Assembly: GCA_047967505.1 (NCBI GenBank) | Contig: CM106538.1 | Length of the DNA: 64,000 bases | Source: Dipteris shenzhenensis | Taxonomy: Eukaryota | Direction: 5' to 3' (one strand) | Shown: positions 62,525-64,000 of the stretch, in pieces | Position numbering within the stretch: position 1 is the stretch's first letter | Layout: each line of letters opens with the position of its first letter | Notes under the pieces: model-generated | What the model saw: only the letters and a program-made list of their open reading frames with translations | Databases searched by the model: none | Told to the model about the DNA's origin: nothing | Program-made: the position numbers and the translations under genes

Positions 62525-63010
62525 GAGACTTGGAGATTCCCATATCACACCAGCGGTAGCTATCTTGTCCACTCTCAATGCTAGTAAGAGCTAGGCCCCA
62601 TAGACCGATAAAAGAAGTCCTTTTAGAGGTTCAATTTTTTCCCTCCGTCTTCTGCAGGCCCCATGATAAAATAGGATATATTCATCACCCTATATTTAAT
62701 GCAAGAATTGACACAACTTTTTTGGACTTGACTATGTAGTTTACATCTCAAACTTGGTGCTAAAATTGTAGACTGGGAGATTCCCATATCACACCAACGG
62801 TAGCTATCTTGTCCACTCTCAAGACTAGTAAGAGACGGTCCCCATAGACCGGTAAAAGAAGTCTTTTTGGAGGTTCAATTTTTTGCATCCGTCTTCTCCG
62901 GTCCCATGACGGAATAGGATATATTCACCACCCTACATTTAATGCAAGAATTGAAAACTTTTTTTCGACATGACTATGCAGCTTACATCCCAAAATTGGT
63001 GCTAAAATTG
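62525..63010. repeat. Tandem duplication of a ~243-bp unit
   Basis: gagattcccatatcacacc...ggtgctaaaattg occurs twice. Confidence 0.9.
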
Positions 63011-63109
63011 CATACCAGGCATCTCCATTTGCCGGGGTGGTGTCCCTAGCAACCCCTTGGACTTGCTCTATTTGTCTAGTTGTGTCTCTCCACAAAAATC
63101 GGAGTGGAG

Positions 63110-63871
63110 CCTATTTTCCCCATCTAGTAAAACTATATGCATCAATATGTATGTATGTATGCATGCATGCATGCATCCATGTATGTATGTACACACACAC
63201 ACACATGTATGTATGTATGTGTACTAAAACTACTAAAACTATATGCATCAAATAATGTTGTTGATCAATTTTTGGCATACCCCACCAAAATCAAGACCCC
63301 CATTGCAAAGAAAGGTAAGGAACACAAGTGCTTGTTCTTATGCTCATGAGACAACAAAATGCAAGACATAGGCAACCAATGGGGTCTTACTTTTGATGTT
63401 TGTATGTATGTATGTATATATGTATGTACATACATACATGCATACATATGTTGCCAATGGGGTCCTAGTTTTGAGGCCTAAATGCATGAAATAGACAGCG
63501 CGTTAACGCGCTCCCTATTTTAGGAATTTAGGCCCTAAAAGTAGTACCCCGTATCTTTGGACGTGCATATCCAAATGGGGTCATGTCATATATCAAATAG
63601 AATCCATGGCAAGATCCAATTTAGATGGTTTTCATGTCCATTTTCTCCATCAACTAAAACTATATTCATCAAATTATGTTGTTGATCAATTTTTGGCATA
63701 CCCCCCAAAAATCAAGACTCCCATTGCAAAGAAAGGTAAAGAACACAAGTGCTTGTTCTTATGCTCATGAGACAACAAAATGCATGACATGGGAAACCAA
63801 TGGGGTCTTACTTTTGATGTTTGTATGTATGTATGTATGTATATATATGCAGGTACATACATACATACATC

Positions 63872-63907
<36 letters not shown>

Positions 63908-64000
63908 TATGTTGATGCATATATGTATATATTGATGTATATATTGATGCATACAATTTTGATATATGGAGAAAATAGACATGAAAATCATCTAAATTGG
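63110..64000. repeat. Complex repeat: direct copies (63232-63420 and 63652-63845), an inverted pair (63617-63670 and 63947-64000), a central 92-bp palindrome and (TATG)n tracts
   Basis: Directly visible alignments. Confidence 0.8.

Overview
A repeat-dominated land-plant nuclear region. It is CpG-depleted, with spliceosomal introns and plant telomere-like repeats; a seed-free plant such as a fern is my guess. There is one clear host gene, an intronless AP2/ERF (DREB A-5-like) transcription factor at 38911-39708 (-). A complete, apparently young hAT transposon (40324-45078) sits about 615 bp upstream of it, with 11-bp TIRs, an 8-bp TSD, an intact transposase and captured receptor-kinase fragments. 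The rest is a nest of decayed Copia, Ty3/Gypsy, CACTA and Helitron elements, a ~182-bp satellite array and microsatellites. The most striking signal is a decayed, intron-containing transposase whose motifs line up in order with the RAG1/Transib catalytic core. Its N-terminal and central part (about 26010-28040) lies inside a 4.6-kb element with long inverted termini starting CACA (24862-29496). A C-terminal part with the His/Glu motifs (about 36300-36875) lies in a second, related remnant. All homology calls come from manual translation and recalled family motifs, not from database searches.
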